A stretch of 64,000 nt of DNA from positions 288,001-352,000 of the forward strand of contig CAVXWP010000007.1 in the NCBI GenBank assembly GCA_963765495.1. The letters are read 5' to 3'. A program made the translations under genes and the position numbers. Below the pieces are notes generated by a model, which was not told the DNA's origin, ran no database searches, and worked only from the letters and a program-made list of their open reading frames with translations. Position 1 is the first letter of the stretch; every line of letters begins with the position of its first letter. This DNA comes from Blastocatellia bacterium (GTDB taxonomy: Bacteria; Acidobacteriota; Blastocatellia; UBA7656). Shown here piece after piece: positions 28,030 through 38,049 of the stretch.

Positions 28030-29490
28030 TCACGAGGTGAAATTAGCCGATTCGATCACGTCTCTCACGGTTGCCATGAATTGATCGGCTACCGCGCCGT
28101 CAATGATTCGATGATCGAAGCTCAGGCCGATCAGTCCGATTTGCCGGATGGCAATCGCGTCGTCAATGACTACGGGGCGTTTCTTAATCACGCCGATTCC
28201 AAGTATGGCGACCTGCGGCTGATTGATTATAGGAGTGCCGATAAGGCCGCCGAACACGCCGGGGTTTGTTATGGTAAAAGTCCCGCCCGCTACCTCGTCG
28301 GGCTTCAGTTGTTTCGAGCGCGCCCGCTCTCCCAGATCGTTGACCGCGCGGGCGATCCCGAGCAGAGATTTCTCGTCGGCGTTGCGGACTACCGGAACTA
28401 TCAAACCCCAATCGAGCGCCACGGCCACGCCGATGTTTATGTCTTTTTTGTAGACTATCTGATCGCCCCACACGGCCGAGTTGATGATAGGCCACTTCTT
28501 GATTCCTTCGATCACCGCTTTGATGATAAAAGGCAGGAAGGTCAGTTTCACTCCGTCGCGGTTCAGGTAATCGCCTTTGAGCTTGTCTCTGAGCCGGGCA
28601 GTCTCGGTGAAATCGACTTCCATAAACGACGTGACGTGAGCCGACGTGCGGCGGCTTTCGACCATTCGTTCCGCGATGCGGCGGCGCATCACCGACATAG
28701 GTTCGATCTCTACCCGGTCGCCGTCGTTGAAAGGCTGCGGGCCGACTTCGGTTTCCGCAGGCATCTTGAGCGGCTGGGGAGCGCGAGCGGGAGCCGAGGG
28801 TTGGACAGGTGTGGCAGGTTGAGCGGGCGCGATCCCTTGCGCGTGCGCTGCGGCGGGGCCCGCCTTTTCGACCTCGGCGCGGTTTTCGATAAAACTGAGA
28901 ATATCGTTTTTGGTGACTCGCCCGCTTATGCCTGTGCCTTCTATCTGAGAGATGTCTACGTTATTCTCCTCGGCTATCTTGCGGACCAGAGGCGACGAGC
29001 GCGTGCGGCGCGAATCTTCCGGTGTAGGCTCGGCGGCAGGCTGTCCTTCGTCCACTCCGCTCATCCCCCATTCAGCTTCAGGTATCTTTTCTCCTTCGGG
29101 TGTAGCGGGCGCGACGGGAGATGGCGCAGGCGCAGTCTCTACTTTTGCAGTCTCTACTTTTGCAGTCTCTTCTTTTGCCGGGGGCGCAGTCTCGGCCGGT
29201 TTCGATTCGGTCGTTTCAGCCGCAGCGGGTTGAGCCGCAGCGGGTTGAGCCGCGCCGCCGTTTATGATCGCAACCACGGTGTTGATTTCGACCGTCTCGC
29301 CCTCGGCTACTTTTATCTCTGACAGCACGCCCGACACCGGAGCGGGTATCTCCGCGTCCACCTTATCGGTAGATATTTCAAAAAGCGGCTCGTCGCGTTT
29401 GACCGTATCCCCTACCTGCTTGAGCCATTTTACTATCGTACCTTCTGCGATGGATTCTCCCATCTGCGGCATTCTGACTTCTTCGCTCAT
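28030..29490 (-). CDS. 2-oxoacid dehydrogenase E2 dihydrolipoamide acyltransferase
   Basis: One lipoyl domain (STDKVD), E3-binding SPLVRK...GTGISGRVTK, catalytic DHRIIDG. Confidence 0.96.
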   Translation of the reverse strand: MSEEVRMPQMGESIAEGTIVKWLKQVGDTVKRDEPLFEISTDKVDAEIPAPVSGVLSEIKVAEGETVEINTVVAIINGGAAQPAAAQPAAAETTESKPAETAPPAKEETAKVETAKVETAPAPSPVAPATPEGEKIPEAEWGMSGVDEGQPAAEPTPEDSRRTRSSPLVRKIAEENNVDISQIEGTGISGRVTKNDILSFIENRAEVEKAGPAAAHAQGIAPAQPATPVQPSAPARAPQPLKMPAETEVGPQPFNDGDRVEIEPMSVMRRRIAERMVESRRTSAHVTSFMEVDFTETARLRDKLKGDYLNRDGVKLTFLPFIIKAVIEGIKKWPIINSAVWGDQIVYKKDINIGVAVALDWGLIVPVVRNADEKSLLGIARAVNDLGERARSKQLKPDEVAGGTFTITNPGVFGGLIGTPIINQPQVAILGIGVIKKRPVVIDDAIAIRQIGLIGLSFDHRIIDGAVADQFMATVRDVIESANFTS

Positions 29491-29524
29491 AACTCTCCCA
29501 TCTCTTCAACGGTTTGGTCGCCGC

Positions 29525-30505
29525 TCAATAGGCCGCGAGCGCGCGAGCTGCTTTCAATACGTCGTCCACCTGCGGCATGAAGAACTCTTCCAGAGGAGGC
29601 GCATAAGGCACAGGCGAATCAATCGAAGTGACTCTTTGCACCGGACCATCGAGATATTCGAATGCCTCTTCGTTTATGACGGCGGTGATTTCGCCCGCCA
29701 TGCCACCCGTTCGCGTGGCTTCGTGCAGAATCAAAACCTTACTGGTCTTCTTGACCGATTCCAGAATCGTCTCGCGGTCAAAGGGGAGAAGCGACCTCAG
29801 ATCAATCACCTCCACGTCGATGCCTTCTTCCTGCATACGGTCGGCGGCTTCGAGCGCGGTGTAGACCATCGCGCCGTAAGTTATGATCGTCTGGTCGCGC
29901 CCCTCGCGGCGAATGCTCGCCTTGCCTATAGGCACGATGTAATCTTCGTCGGGCAATTCCTGTTTGATCTTCGGATTGCGATAAAGCGCCTTGTGCTCAA
30001 AAAAGAGCACCGGGTCATCGTCGCGGATTGCCGCCTTGATCAACCCCTTTGCATCATAGGGAGTCGAAGGCTCGACCATCTTGAGGCCGGGCGTATTGAG
30101 GAAAAACGATTCGACATTCTGCGAGTGAAAAGGCCCGCCGTGCACGCCCCCCCCGCAGGGTCCGCGCACTACCATGGGGATGCCTATGCCCTGGCGATAG
30201 CGGCTCTTTGCGGCGTAGTTGGTCAGCATATCGAAGCAGCACGAAATGAAGTCAATAAACTGCATCTCGGCCACCGGGCGCATGCCCATCATCGCAGCGC
30301 CGCAGGCCGCCCCTACGATGGCGCTTTCGGAAATCGGCGTATCGATAACGCGGTCCCGTCCGAAGTGGTCGTAAAAACCATCGGTCACCTTGAAGGCCCC
30401 GCCGTAAACGCCTATATCTTCGCCGAGGAGGAAGACGCGTTCGTCGCGTTCCATCTCTTCCCAGAGCCCCTGGCGTATCGCTTCGAGTAAAGTTATTGCT
30501 CCCAT
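29525..30505 (-). CDS. 2-oxoacid dehydrogenase E1 beta subunit
   Basis: GEDIG.YGG, DTPISE, EMQFIDF, HSQ, FEHKALY. Confidence 0.96.
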   Translation of the reverse strand: MGAITLLEAIRQGLWEEMERDERVFLLGEDIGVYGGAFKVTDGFYDHFGRDRVIDTPISESAIVGAACGAAMMGMRPVAEMQFIDFISCCFDMLTNYAAKSRYRQGIGIPMVVRGPCGGGVHGGPFHSQNVESFFLNTPGLKMVEPSTPYDAKGLIKAAIRDDDPVLFFEHKALYRNPKIKQELPDEDYIVPIGKASIRREGRDQTIITYGAMVYTALEAADRMQEEGIDVEVIDLRSLLPFDRETILESVKKTSKVLILHEATRTGGMAGEITAVINEEAFEYLDGPVQRVTSIDSPVPYAPPLEEFFMPQVDDVLKAARALAAY

Positions 30506-30542
30506 AGTGTCAACATTCTAATAATAGTGAAAATCTTCGTTG

Positions 30543-30638
30543 CGTGATTCGTGATTCGTGATTCGTGAAAACACCAGTTGGCTTATAACAGTCAATCTGG
30601 CTGAGGGTCACGGATCACGCATCACGAATCGCGAATCA
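30543..30638. repeat. Inverted heptamer arrays (GTGATTC / GAATCAC)
   Basis: gcgtgattcgtgattcgtgattcgtga ... tcacggatcacgcatcacgaatcgcgaatca; the right arm encodes the E1a C-terminus and stop. Confidence 0.9.
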
Positions 30639-31603
30639 TCGCCATAGACCCCGCTCAACGCCTCTTCCGGCTGAGGGGGCGGCTGTGTTTCTGCCCAGGC
30701 CAGGTCTTCATCGAGCAATGTTTCGACCCGGTTGTTCACATCTTTTATATCGACTTCGGTCGCTATCTGATTCTCAAGGAGCGCCCGCTCGAAATGATCC
30801 AGCGGATCGAGCCTGCGCCACCCGTCGAGCACTTCTTTTGGCACATAAGATTGATTATCGTGAGCCGCGTGGCCTCGCATGCGAAAGGTCTTTGCTTCGA
30901 TCAGAGTCGGCCCGCCCGCTTCACGCGCCCTGTCCACCGCGCGGCGGGCGCAATGGTAGACCGCCATCACATCGTTGCCGTCTACGATCTCGCCGGGCAT
31001 CCCATAAGCCTTTGCCCGATCAGCGAGATTTAGAATTTTCATCTGCTTGCTTGTGGGCGTAGAGTAAGCGTAGCCGTTGTTTTCGGCTATGATGACAAGC
31101 GGCAGGTTCTGGACCGAGGCGAAATTCATCGCTTCGTGAAATGCGCCCGTGCTTGTTGCCCCGTCCCCGATGTAGACCATTCCGACGCTCGATTTTCCCT
31201 GCATGCGAAGCGCAAGCACAACGCCGTTCATCACGGCTACAAGCGTCCCGAGCGGGCTGACCGTTCCGATAAAGCCGCGTTCGAGGTCTGTGATGTGAAT
31301 GTTTTGATCTCGCCCGCGCGAAAGCCCGGTAGCGCGCCACAGGTAGTTGGCAAAGATTTCTCGCGGACGCGCTCCCATAACGAGCATAGCACCCATATCG
31401 CGTGTCAGAGGCGAAAGTATATCGCCCTGAGCCTTGTCCAAAGCAAAGGCGGACCCGACTGCGGTCGCTTCCTGGCCGAGGCTTCGAAAGAGACCGCCCA
31501 CGATCTTGCCTTGCTTTAACAGATTTTCGAGCTTGTCTTCGAGCGAGCGGGTCAGTCGCATGAAGTAAAGCAGTTCGAGCTGATCTTCTCTTGGGAGTTC
31601 CAT
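30608..31603 (-). CDS. 2-oxoacid dehydrogenase E1 alpha subunit
   Basis: GQEA, ThDP motif GDGATSTG...ENN, FRMRGH. Confidence 0.95.
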   Translation of the reverse strand: MELPREDQLELLYFMRLTRSLEDKLENLLKQGKIVGGLFRSLGQEATAVGSAFALDKAQGDILSPLTRDMGAMLVMGARPREIFANYLWRATGLSRGRDQNIHITDLERGFIGTVSPLGTLVAVMNGVVLALRMQGKSSVGMVYIGDGATSTGAFHEAMNFASVQNLPLVIIAENNGYAYSTPTSKQMKILNLADRAKAYGMPGEIVDGNDVMAVYHCARRAVDRAREAGGPTLIEAKTFRMRGHAAHDNQSYVPKEVLDGWRRLDPLDHFERALLENQIATEVDIKDVNNRVETLLDEDLAWAETQPPPQPEEALSGVYGDDSRFVMRDP

Positions 31604-31607
31604 CTAT

Positions 31608-31690
31608 TGTCAAATGTCCGCTGTCGGTTGTCCGTCGTCGGTTGTCCAAAAGCGGCTACAACAACGGACCGCTGACAACGGACTACCGAT
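31608..31690. repeat. Inverted degenerate heptamer arrays (TGTCCGT/TGTCGGT family)
   Basis: tgtccgctgtcggttgtccgtcgtcggttgtcc ... acaacggaccgctgacaacggac. Confidence 0.75.
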
Positions 31691-31692
31691 GA

Positions 31693-33099
31693 TTAGATAT
31701 GAATAACCATGCCGTGCGCGTCTTCGACCGCTTCGTGGAAGGTCTCCGAGACGGTCGGGTGCGCGTGCATGGTGTGGATCAATTCTTCCACCGTGGATTC
31801 CATTTGCAGAGCCACGCAGCCTTCGATTACGAGTTCCGTGGCGTGTGGTCCGATGATGTGTACGCCAAGAAGCTCGTCGTAGCGCGCATCGCTTACTACC
31901 TTCACAAGTCCTTCGGTCGCGCCGAGTATCTGAGCCTTAGCGATCACTGGAATGGGGAATTTGCCTATCTTGACATCATAGCCGCGCTCGCGCGCTTTCG
32001 CCTCCGTAAGCCCCACGCTTCCAACCTCGGGCGCGCAATAGGTGCAATTCGGAACGCGATCATAGTTGACCGGGCGCGCATCCTTTCCGGCTATGGTCTC
32101 GACGGCGACTATGCCTTCGGCCGAAGCCACGTGCGCGAGCCACGGAGTCGGAACCACATCGCCTATAGCGTAAACATTCGGCGCGGATGTGCGCATGTAC
32201 TCGTCTACTTTGATGTAGCCGCGCTCCATCTCTACGTTTATATTATCGAGGCCGAGGCCGTCAGTGTAAGCGCGGCGACCCACGGCGACGAGCAGCTTTT
32301 CGGCTGTAAACTCACGGTCCTGATCCCCAACGCGAGCGGTCACGCGCACGAGACCATCGGCTACAGTCGCCGATTGAAAGTTTGCGCCCGTAAATGATTT
32401 GATGCCCTGTTTCTTGAACGATTTTGCAAGCTCCGCGCTTATATCTTCATCTTCGATGGGAAGCAACCGGGGCAGTAATTCCAGAATCGTCACGTCGCTT
32501 CCGAAGCGGGAGTACATCGAAGCAAACTCGACGCCGACCGCGCCCGCGCCCAATACGATCATTGATTTCGGAATGTCGGTCAGTTCAAGGACTTCGTCGC
32601 TTGTGATGACGTGCTGCCCGTCTATGTCGAGGTTGGGAAGCGAACGGGGCACCGAGCCTGTTGCGATGAGTATGTTTTTCGCTTCGATCTGTGTGGTTGA
32701 GCCGTCGTCTGCCGTCGCCGTGATCCGACCCGGGCCGTCAATGTGGCCTGTTCCTTTGAAGACCTTGACGTTGTTTTTCTTCATAAGGAACTCGACGCCT
32801 TTGGCCAGTTTCAACACGACTTTGTTCTTGCGTTTCTGCGCCTGCTCGAAATCGAGCGACACGCCTTCGGCGACTATGCCGATCTCTTTCGAGTGCTTGA
32901 ACTCTTCGTAAACATCGGCCGTGTGCAGAAGGGCTTTTGTCGGAATACAGCCCCGCAAGAGGCAGGTGCCGCCGAGGTTTTTGTCTTTTTCAATTATCGC
33001 GGTTCGCAGGCCCAACTGCCCGGCCCGAACTGCGGCAACATATCCGCCAGGCCCGCTGCCGATTATCACTACGTCAAACGATTCATTATTGGAACTCAA
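31693..33099 (-). CDS. lpdA: Dihydrolipoamide dehydrogenase (E3)
   Basis: GSGPGGY, GGTCLLRGCIPTK redox disulfide, GAGAVG, HAHPTVSE. Confidence 0.97.
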   Translation of the reverse strand: MSSNNESFDVVIIGSGPGGYVAAVRAGQLGLRTAIIEKDKNLGGTCLLRGCIPTKALLHTADVYEEFKHSKEIGIVAEGVSLDFEQAQKRKNKVVLKLAKGVEFLMKKNNVKVFKGTGHIDGPGRITATADDGSTTQIEAKNILIATGSVPRSLPNLDIDGQHVITSDEVLELTDIPKSMIVLGAGAVGVEFASMYSRFGSDVTILELLPRLLPIEDEDISAELAKSFKKQGIKSFTGANFQSATVADGLVRVTARVGDQDREFTAEKLLVAVGRRAYTDGLGLDNINVEMERGYIKVDEYMRTSAPNVYAIGDVVPTPWLAHVASAEGIVAVETIAGKDARPVNYDRVPNCTYCAPEVGSVGLTEAKARERGYDVKIGKFPIPVIAKAQILGATEGLVKVVSDARYDELLGVHIIGPHATELVIEGCVALQMESTVEELIHTMHAHPTVSETFHEAVEDAHGMVIHI

Positions 33100-33131
33100 T
33101 TTAAGCTCTGGCCTCCTTAAGTATCGAGCGG

Positions 33132-33446
33132 CTAATCCAGCGCCACTTTCACTTCATCGCCTTCGACCTGAACGTCGAATTTCTGGACTTTGGCCGAAGC
33201 GTTTACCGGCGAGACGCCGTTTGTCAGGCTGTAGACCCAGCCGTGCCAGGGGCATTGGACGGTCATATTATTCTGATCTACATAGCCCTCGCCGAGCGGC
33301 CCGCCCCGGTGAACGCAGGTGTTGTCGAGAGCAAAAAACTCACCCCCCACGTTGAACAGCGCTATCGTACGGCCGTTGACTTCAACTACTCTGCCCTCGC
33401 CCGGCGGCAGATCGGATTTATTTATTACCTTGACGAACTCTGCCAT
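33132..33446 (-). CDS. Rieske [2Fe-2S] ferredoxin (NirD-like)
   Basis: CVH and CPWH ligand motifs. Confidence 0.94.
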   Translation of the reverse strand: MAEFVKVINKSDLPPGEGRVVEVNGRTIALFNVGGEFFALDNTCVHRGGPLGEGYVDQNNMTVQCPWHGWVYSLTNGVSPVNASAKVQKFDVQVEGDEVKVALD

Positions 33447-33649
33447 CTCAAACCTCCCAATTAAATAATAGTCCGGCTCGCACAGTCGGGCAAATGCGCC
33501 CCTGAGCGACTGATCATCTTAACAACTCGAATGTGGAGGTTCAAGCTGGAATGCCTGAACGCGCGGCTATCGGTTGAATCGGGCGGCCGTTTCTGGTTTA
33601 GTTTGTCGATGGTTTGAGCAATAAATCCCCTCTGAAATGAGAGGCTGTT

Positions 33650-34849
33650 ATGAAAAAAGGCCGGTTATGTTTCCTTCTGATGTTCTTCATTCTATCTGTA
33701 GCTTCAACGGTAAGGCCCCAGATCGTGGCGCATCGCGGAGCAAGCGGGTACGCGCCTGAGCATACGCTTGCCGCATACGAGATGGCCGTTGAGCAGGGAG
33801 CCGATTTTGTAGAGCAGGACCTTCAGGTGACAAAGGACGGCGTACTCGTATGCCTTCACGATGCCGACCTGGCACGCACTACAAATGTAGCCGAAGTCTT
33901 TCCAGATCGCGCAAGCTCACGCGACCCGGAAGGCGCGGGCACTGCCCGGCGCGGCTGGTACACCATAGATTTCACCCTTGCTGAAATCAAAAGACTCGAC
34001 GCCGGTTCGTGGTTCAATCGCGCCAACCCGTTTGCCGCAAGCGAGGCTTACGCCGGACAGCGAGTGCCTACTTTGCAGGAGACCATCAAGACCGTAGGCG
34101 CGCGCGCGGGGCTTTACATCGAATTGAAGCACTACGATTTTTACAAGGCGCAAGGGTTTGACGTGGCCGAAAAACTTGCCGCCATCCTCAAAGCAAACGG
34201 ATACGATAAACCGCCGAAGCGCGCGCGGATATTGATTCAGTCTTTTTCAAAAGAGAGCCTGCTTAAAATGAGAAGAGTAGCGCCGTCGTATTCGAGGATT
34301 CAATTGCTGCCAATGGAAGACGCCGGACGCAACGAAGACTCTGCGAAGGTGACTCCCGAACTTGCAAAAGAGATAGCCCTGTATGCGAAAGGGGCAGGCC
34401 CGAGCAAGAAGATGATAACGAGCGCCGCAGACGTAGCCGTATTTCACGCCGCACACTTGCTCGTTCATCCATACACATTTCGAGGTATGACTTTTCCCGT
34501 AGCGCGCCGTCCCCTGGAAGAAAAACAACCCGATGGCGAAACCGTCCGAGAGGGTATCATCGCCGAGATTCGTCGCTTTCTCGATTACGGCATAGATGGT
34601 GGATTTACGGATTATCCCAACCTCTGGAAAGAGGCCGCCCGCGCACAACCTCGAGAAAAAGTAGCGCGCCTCACTCGGGGTGTATTCAAAAAGCAGACCC
34701 ATTATGGGAAAACATTTCTCATAATTCTCAGGAAAATCTTTGCGTACTTCGCGCCTTTGCGAGAAATAGATTCACACCGAGGCGCAAAGACGCAAAGTAT
34801 TTTCATAGAGCAATCAGTGACTTCCTACGATCTCGGCAGGTCAATCTGA
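33650..34849 (+). CDS. Secreted glycerophosphodiester phosphodiesterase (GlpQ-like)
   Basis: Signal peptide; AHRGASGYAPEHT, EQD, CLHD, IELK, IQSF, DGGFTDYP. Confidence 0.93.
   Translation: MKKGRLCFLLMFFILSVASTVRPQIVAHRGASGYAPEHTLAAYEMAVEQGADFVEQDLQVTKDGVLVCLHDADLARTTNVAEVFPDRASSRDPEGAGTARRGWYTIDFTLAEIKRLDAGSWFNRANPFAASEAYAGQRVPTLQETIKTVGARAGLYIELKHYDFYKAQGFDVAEKLAAILKANGYDKPPKRARILIQSFSKESLLKMRRVAPSYSRIQLLPMEDAGRNEDSAKVTPELAKEIALYAKGAGPSKKMITSAADVAVFHAAHLLVHPYTFRGMTFPVARRPLEEKQPDGETVREGIIAEIRRFLDYGIDGGFTDYPNLWKEAARAQPREKVARLTRGVFKKQTHYGKTFLIILRKIFAYFAPLREIDSHRGAKTQSIFIEQSVTSYDLGRSI
34738..34797. repeat. REP-like inverted repeat (CTTTGCG...CGCAAAG)
   Basis: ctttgcgtacttcgcgcctttgcg ... ggcgcaaagacgcaaag. 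Confidence 0.65.
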
Positions 34850-34865
34850 GAATTACATGGCCCTG
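34822..34865. repeat. Copy 1 of a 44-bp imperfect direct repeat (copy 2 at 38050-38093)
   Basis: Shared core ggcaggtcaatctg; 36/44 identities by hand alignment. Confidence 0.8.
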
Positions 34866-34867
34866 AT

Positions 34868-35335
34868 TCAAGCATTCTTTTTGTGGTGCAAAAGGGGTGT
34901 CTTGCTTGTCAGTTGCCTGACTTTATGCTGGTTAATGGCCTCAAGGGAATCGAGTATGATTTTACGTTCTTCGGGCAAGAGTTTGACGATTTCTTCCAGT
35001 ATTCTTATCAGATCAGGGCTTTCCGCAATTGTCAGGACCATTTCCAGAAAAGGCAGGATTTGCAGGCCATTCGCCGTGTGCTGTTCGTCGACGTCTTGCC
35101 TGAAAGGGCGGCTTGCTATGTCGAAAATCTCGTGCATGTCCACTCCAAGCCCGACTGCAAGAGCCGCGATCTTTTCGACCGAAGGGTTCCTTGCCGCCCC
35201 GCTCAGTATGTCTGCTACATAGCCATCGGTTATCTTGCCTCCTGAGCGCAACTCCACCTCGCGCTGAGTCAATCCCCGCCCCCTCATCTTTGCTCTGACA
35301 TACCGGCTCAATGCTCCCTTGCCTATGCTCTCCAT
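34868..35335 (-). CDS. XRE/Cro-C1 family HTH regulator
   Basis: GLTQREVE...ITDGYVADILSG...NPSVEKIAALAVGLGV; GGAGG RBS before ATG 35335. Confidence 0.88.
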   Translation of the reverse strand: MESIGKGALSRYVRAKMRGRGLTQREVELRSGGKITDGYVADILSGAARNPSVEKIAALAVGLGVDMHEIFDIASRPFRQDVDEQHTANGLQILPFLEMVLTIAESPDLIRILEEIVKLLPEERKIILDSLEAINQHKVRQLTSKTPLLHHKKNA

Positions 35336-35645
35336 GCTTCGCCCTCCACTGGTTTGCCCGATATTATCCGATAATTCCGAAATAACGGTTGACATCTCTG
35401 AGAAAAGACAAATAAAATTGCCCTGGCCCTGATTGGAAAGAAAGCCGTCGCAAAGAAAGTTATTTGTACCACAACGGCGAAGGTTGCTCAAGTAAGAGCA
35501 TGGCAATAATAGATATTTGAGATAACTGGATTAGCGGCTGGAGAGGGGCGTTTTACAGGGAGGTTTAACACCTGGGGAAACCTTGCCTGGTTGCGTGCCC
35601 TCTCATTTTTTTCTAATCCGGTCTCAGGCTCTCTTTTGAGACTGA

Positions 35646-37946
35646 CTACATATCTACATCATCTCTAATATTGCCCCAGAAATACTGCGTCTCATCGGCG
35701 TCCCAGGGTCTCATCACCGTCAATATATCGATATAGCGACCCAGCAGTTTTTTCATCTCCGCGCTCTTTTCGGGCATGTAGTCATAAAGGTTATGCAACT
35801 CTCCGGGGTCGGCCTTTAGATTGAACAGTTCAAAGCAGTAGTAGTTGCGGTTGTATATCAGCTTATATCCATCTTGCGTTATGACCATGTATTTTTTGGT
35901 CTCAGGGTTCACATTCTGTTCCGGCTTGACATAGGGTGATGCCTGTTTCATGGTCTGCTCGCCGTAGATGGGCGGATGAGTGAAAGCCTCGCCGCGCATG
36001 AGCGGGAGCACGCTTACACCGTGCCATTCCTTTGGAGGCTCGATGCCGACTATATTCAACATGGTCGGACCCAGATCAATCGTGCTTACATAGTCGGGGA
36101 TGCGACGCGGGGCGAGGTCGGGCACATAGATAATCATAGGCACGTGAGCCTGTTCGTTATAAAGCTGTGACGAGTGTTTGTAGACCCCGCGTTCGCCGAG
36201 CGATTCGCCGTGATCGGCCATCATGACTATCACGGTATCCTTCATCCTGCCGGTCTGCTCCATCCAATCAAACAGACGTCCGAACTGTGCGTCGGTATAG
36301 GCTATTTCGCCGTCGTAGAGGTCTGCAAGCCCGGGGCCGAAATTGAAGTCCTCGTGTTTCAGGTACTCGCGGTGCGGGTCGGTCGCGTAGAGGTAGGCGC
36401 AGAACGGACGGTCTGACGGTGTCTTGCTAAACTCTTCGAGCGCCACGTCTATCGTGTCCTTCAATCGCCTGGACCGCTTGTGATTGACCACCCTCATGCC
36501 TTTTATGTGTCTGAGCATAGTAGGAAGACGGCGAGGAAACAGAAACGCGTTGTAGTCGTTATCGGCAAAGACCTGACTCCACGACTTAAAATGGCCGTCC
36601 CAGTAAGAGGACTCCATGAATTTCGGAAGCGCCTCGAAAGTATTCGGCGCGGGTGTGTAGGCATTCTCGAAGACCGAAGACCGGGCCCCGAGCTTATCGA
36701 AATTCGGGCTCGTGTTGCGATTATACCCGTAAAGGCCGAGATGGTCTGCCCGCAGCGCGTCTATGAATATGTAGATCACATTCAGCCGCTTCGCCTGTGG
36801 ATTGGCCGCCACGTGCAGCGAATTATGTTCATTTTGCCAGTCTTCGATGCCGGCTTTTGTCAGATCGCCTCCGATCAGATTGTTATCAATGTTGTCGCCT
36901 ACAATGTCCGGCTGGCCGGGATTTATGTCGGCTCGCGTGTCGTCGCTATCGCCTCCGCCAAGATACGGTGAATAACCGTCGCGGTCTCTGTCGAGCGCCC
37001 ATGCGATCAACTTGAAGTATTGTTTCGTCTGCGATGTCCGGTAAAAAAGCTGGGTCTTGAGGTTTTGATTGCTGTCGAATCGAGCAAATGTAAATGCGAC
37101 CGACGCCAGGAAAATAATCGCCACGGCTGCCCCAATCGTTTTTCTCAAGGGAGCCTTAAGCGACGGCCATAGCGATCTGATGCGGGGCGATGACAGATAC
37201 AGCGTGCTTATCAGCGCGATGGCGGCTGTGATATTTGTGATGAACATCGAGCGGTGCAGTGAATTGTCGTAAAGCTGAATCTCTATCCGCGAGTTTACAT
37301 AGTAGGCCGCGCCGATCACCAGCGCGAGCGCAAACGACCATGCGGCGACCAGCGACCGGCTCATTGATTTTGAAGCGCGACTGATCATCCAGATGAGCGA
37401 GCATACGATTATCAACCCCATCAGTATCAGATAGGAAGAGGCCCTTTCGTGATTGAGCAGGGGCTGGTTCAGGAATGAGATTTTCTCGGCCTCCCTGATG
37501 AGGCTGATCATATATCTGTTGACGGAAGGTTGCTGGTTCAAGAGAAACGCCGCAACTGCTGCGACCCCGACTCCGGCAATCAGTTTGTGCGCGAGTCGCG
37601 CCTCGCCGCCAAAGGCCAGCAGTCTCTGGCCGGTTCTCTTGAGCAGCGAAGCCGCGTGGGCAAATAAGCCTACAAACAGCCCGATCAACAGACCGTCGAG
37701 CAGGTTTATGCTCATGTAGGCTGAAAACCGCACCCTTTCGGAAAACGATTCAAAGACGGGCGTCAGTTTAATATTTACATCAATCCATTCGATCAATGTA
37801 ATTAAAAAGACGGCAGCCGCGCCAACGAGCGCGTACCTGACGAGCGAAACTGCCATCGAATCTCTTTGTTCCGGTTTCTGCGTTTCGATCTCCGGGTTGG
37901 CTGTACGAATGGAGGTTGCTTTAGAGACTGCCTGAGAATTGGACAC
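35646..37946 (-). CDS. Membrane-anchored sulfatase/AlkP-fold protein, paralog 1
   Basis: About 7 TM N-terminus; DRDRDGYS..GGDSDD motif; FIDALRADH, TPAPNT, DPH, ADHGE; start uncertain (GTG 37946). Confidence 0.88.
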   Translation of the reverse strand: MSNSQAVSKATSIRTANPEIETQKPEQRDSMAVSLVRYALVGAAAVFLITLIEWIDVNIKLTPVFESFSERVRFSAYMSINLLDGLLIGLFVGLFAHAASLLKRTGQRLLAFGGEARLAHKLIAGVGVAAVAAFLLNQQPSVNRYMISLIREAEKISFLNQPLLNHERASSYLILMGLIIVCSLIWMISRASKSMSRSLVAAWSFALALVIGAAYYVNSRIEIQLYDNSLHRSMFITNITAAIALISTLYLSSPRIRSLWPSLKAPLRKTIGAAVAIIFLASVAFTFARFDSNQNLKTQLFYRTSQTKQYFKLIAWALDRDRDGYSPYLGGGDSDDTRADINPGQPDIVGDNIDNNLIGGDLTKAGIEDWQNEHNSLHVAANPQAKRLNVIYIFIDALRADHLGLYGYNRNTSPNFDKLGARSSVFENAYTPAPNTFEALPKFMESSYWDGHFKSWSQVFADNDYNAFLFPRRLPTMLRHIKGMRVVNHKRSRRLKDTIDVALEEFSKTPSDRPFCAYLYATDPHREYLKHEDFNFGPGLADLYDGEIAYTDAQFGRLFDWMEQTGRMKDTVIVMMADHGESLGERGVYKHSSQLYNEQAHVPMIIYVPDLAPRRIPDYVSTIDLGPTMLNIVGIEPPKEWHGVSVLPLMRGEAFTHPPIYGEQTMKQASPYVKPEQNVNPETKKYMVITQDGYKLIYNRNYYCFELFNLKADPGELHNLYDYMPEKSAEMKKLLGRYIDILTVMRPWDADETQYFWGNIRDDVDM

Positions 37947-38049
37947 CTGTAATACCCCTGTAAACAAAATCAAATGAATATAGTAATGAGGCCCTTTCGG
38001 CGATGTCAAACAACACAGCCGAAAGCGTGGAGCGGCCCTGTCTGTTTAA

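Noticed and set aside
29132-29255. 15-bp tandem repeats in E2 (AKVET, AQPAA)
   Set aside because: Ordinary in-frame expansions of the Ala/Pro-rich E2 linker.
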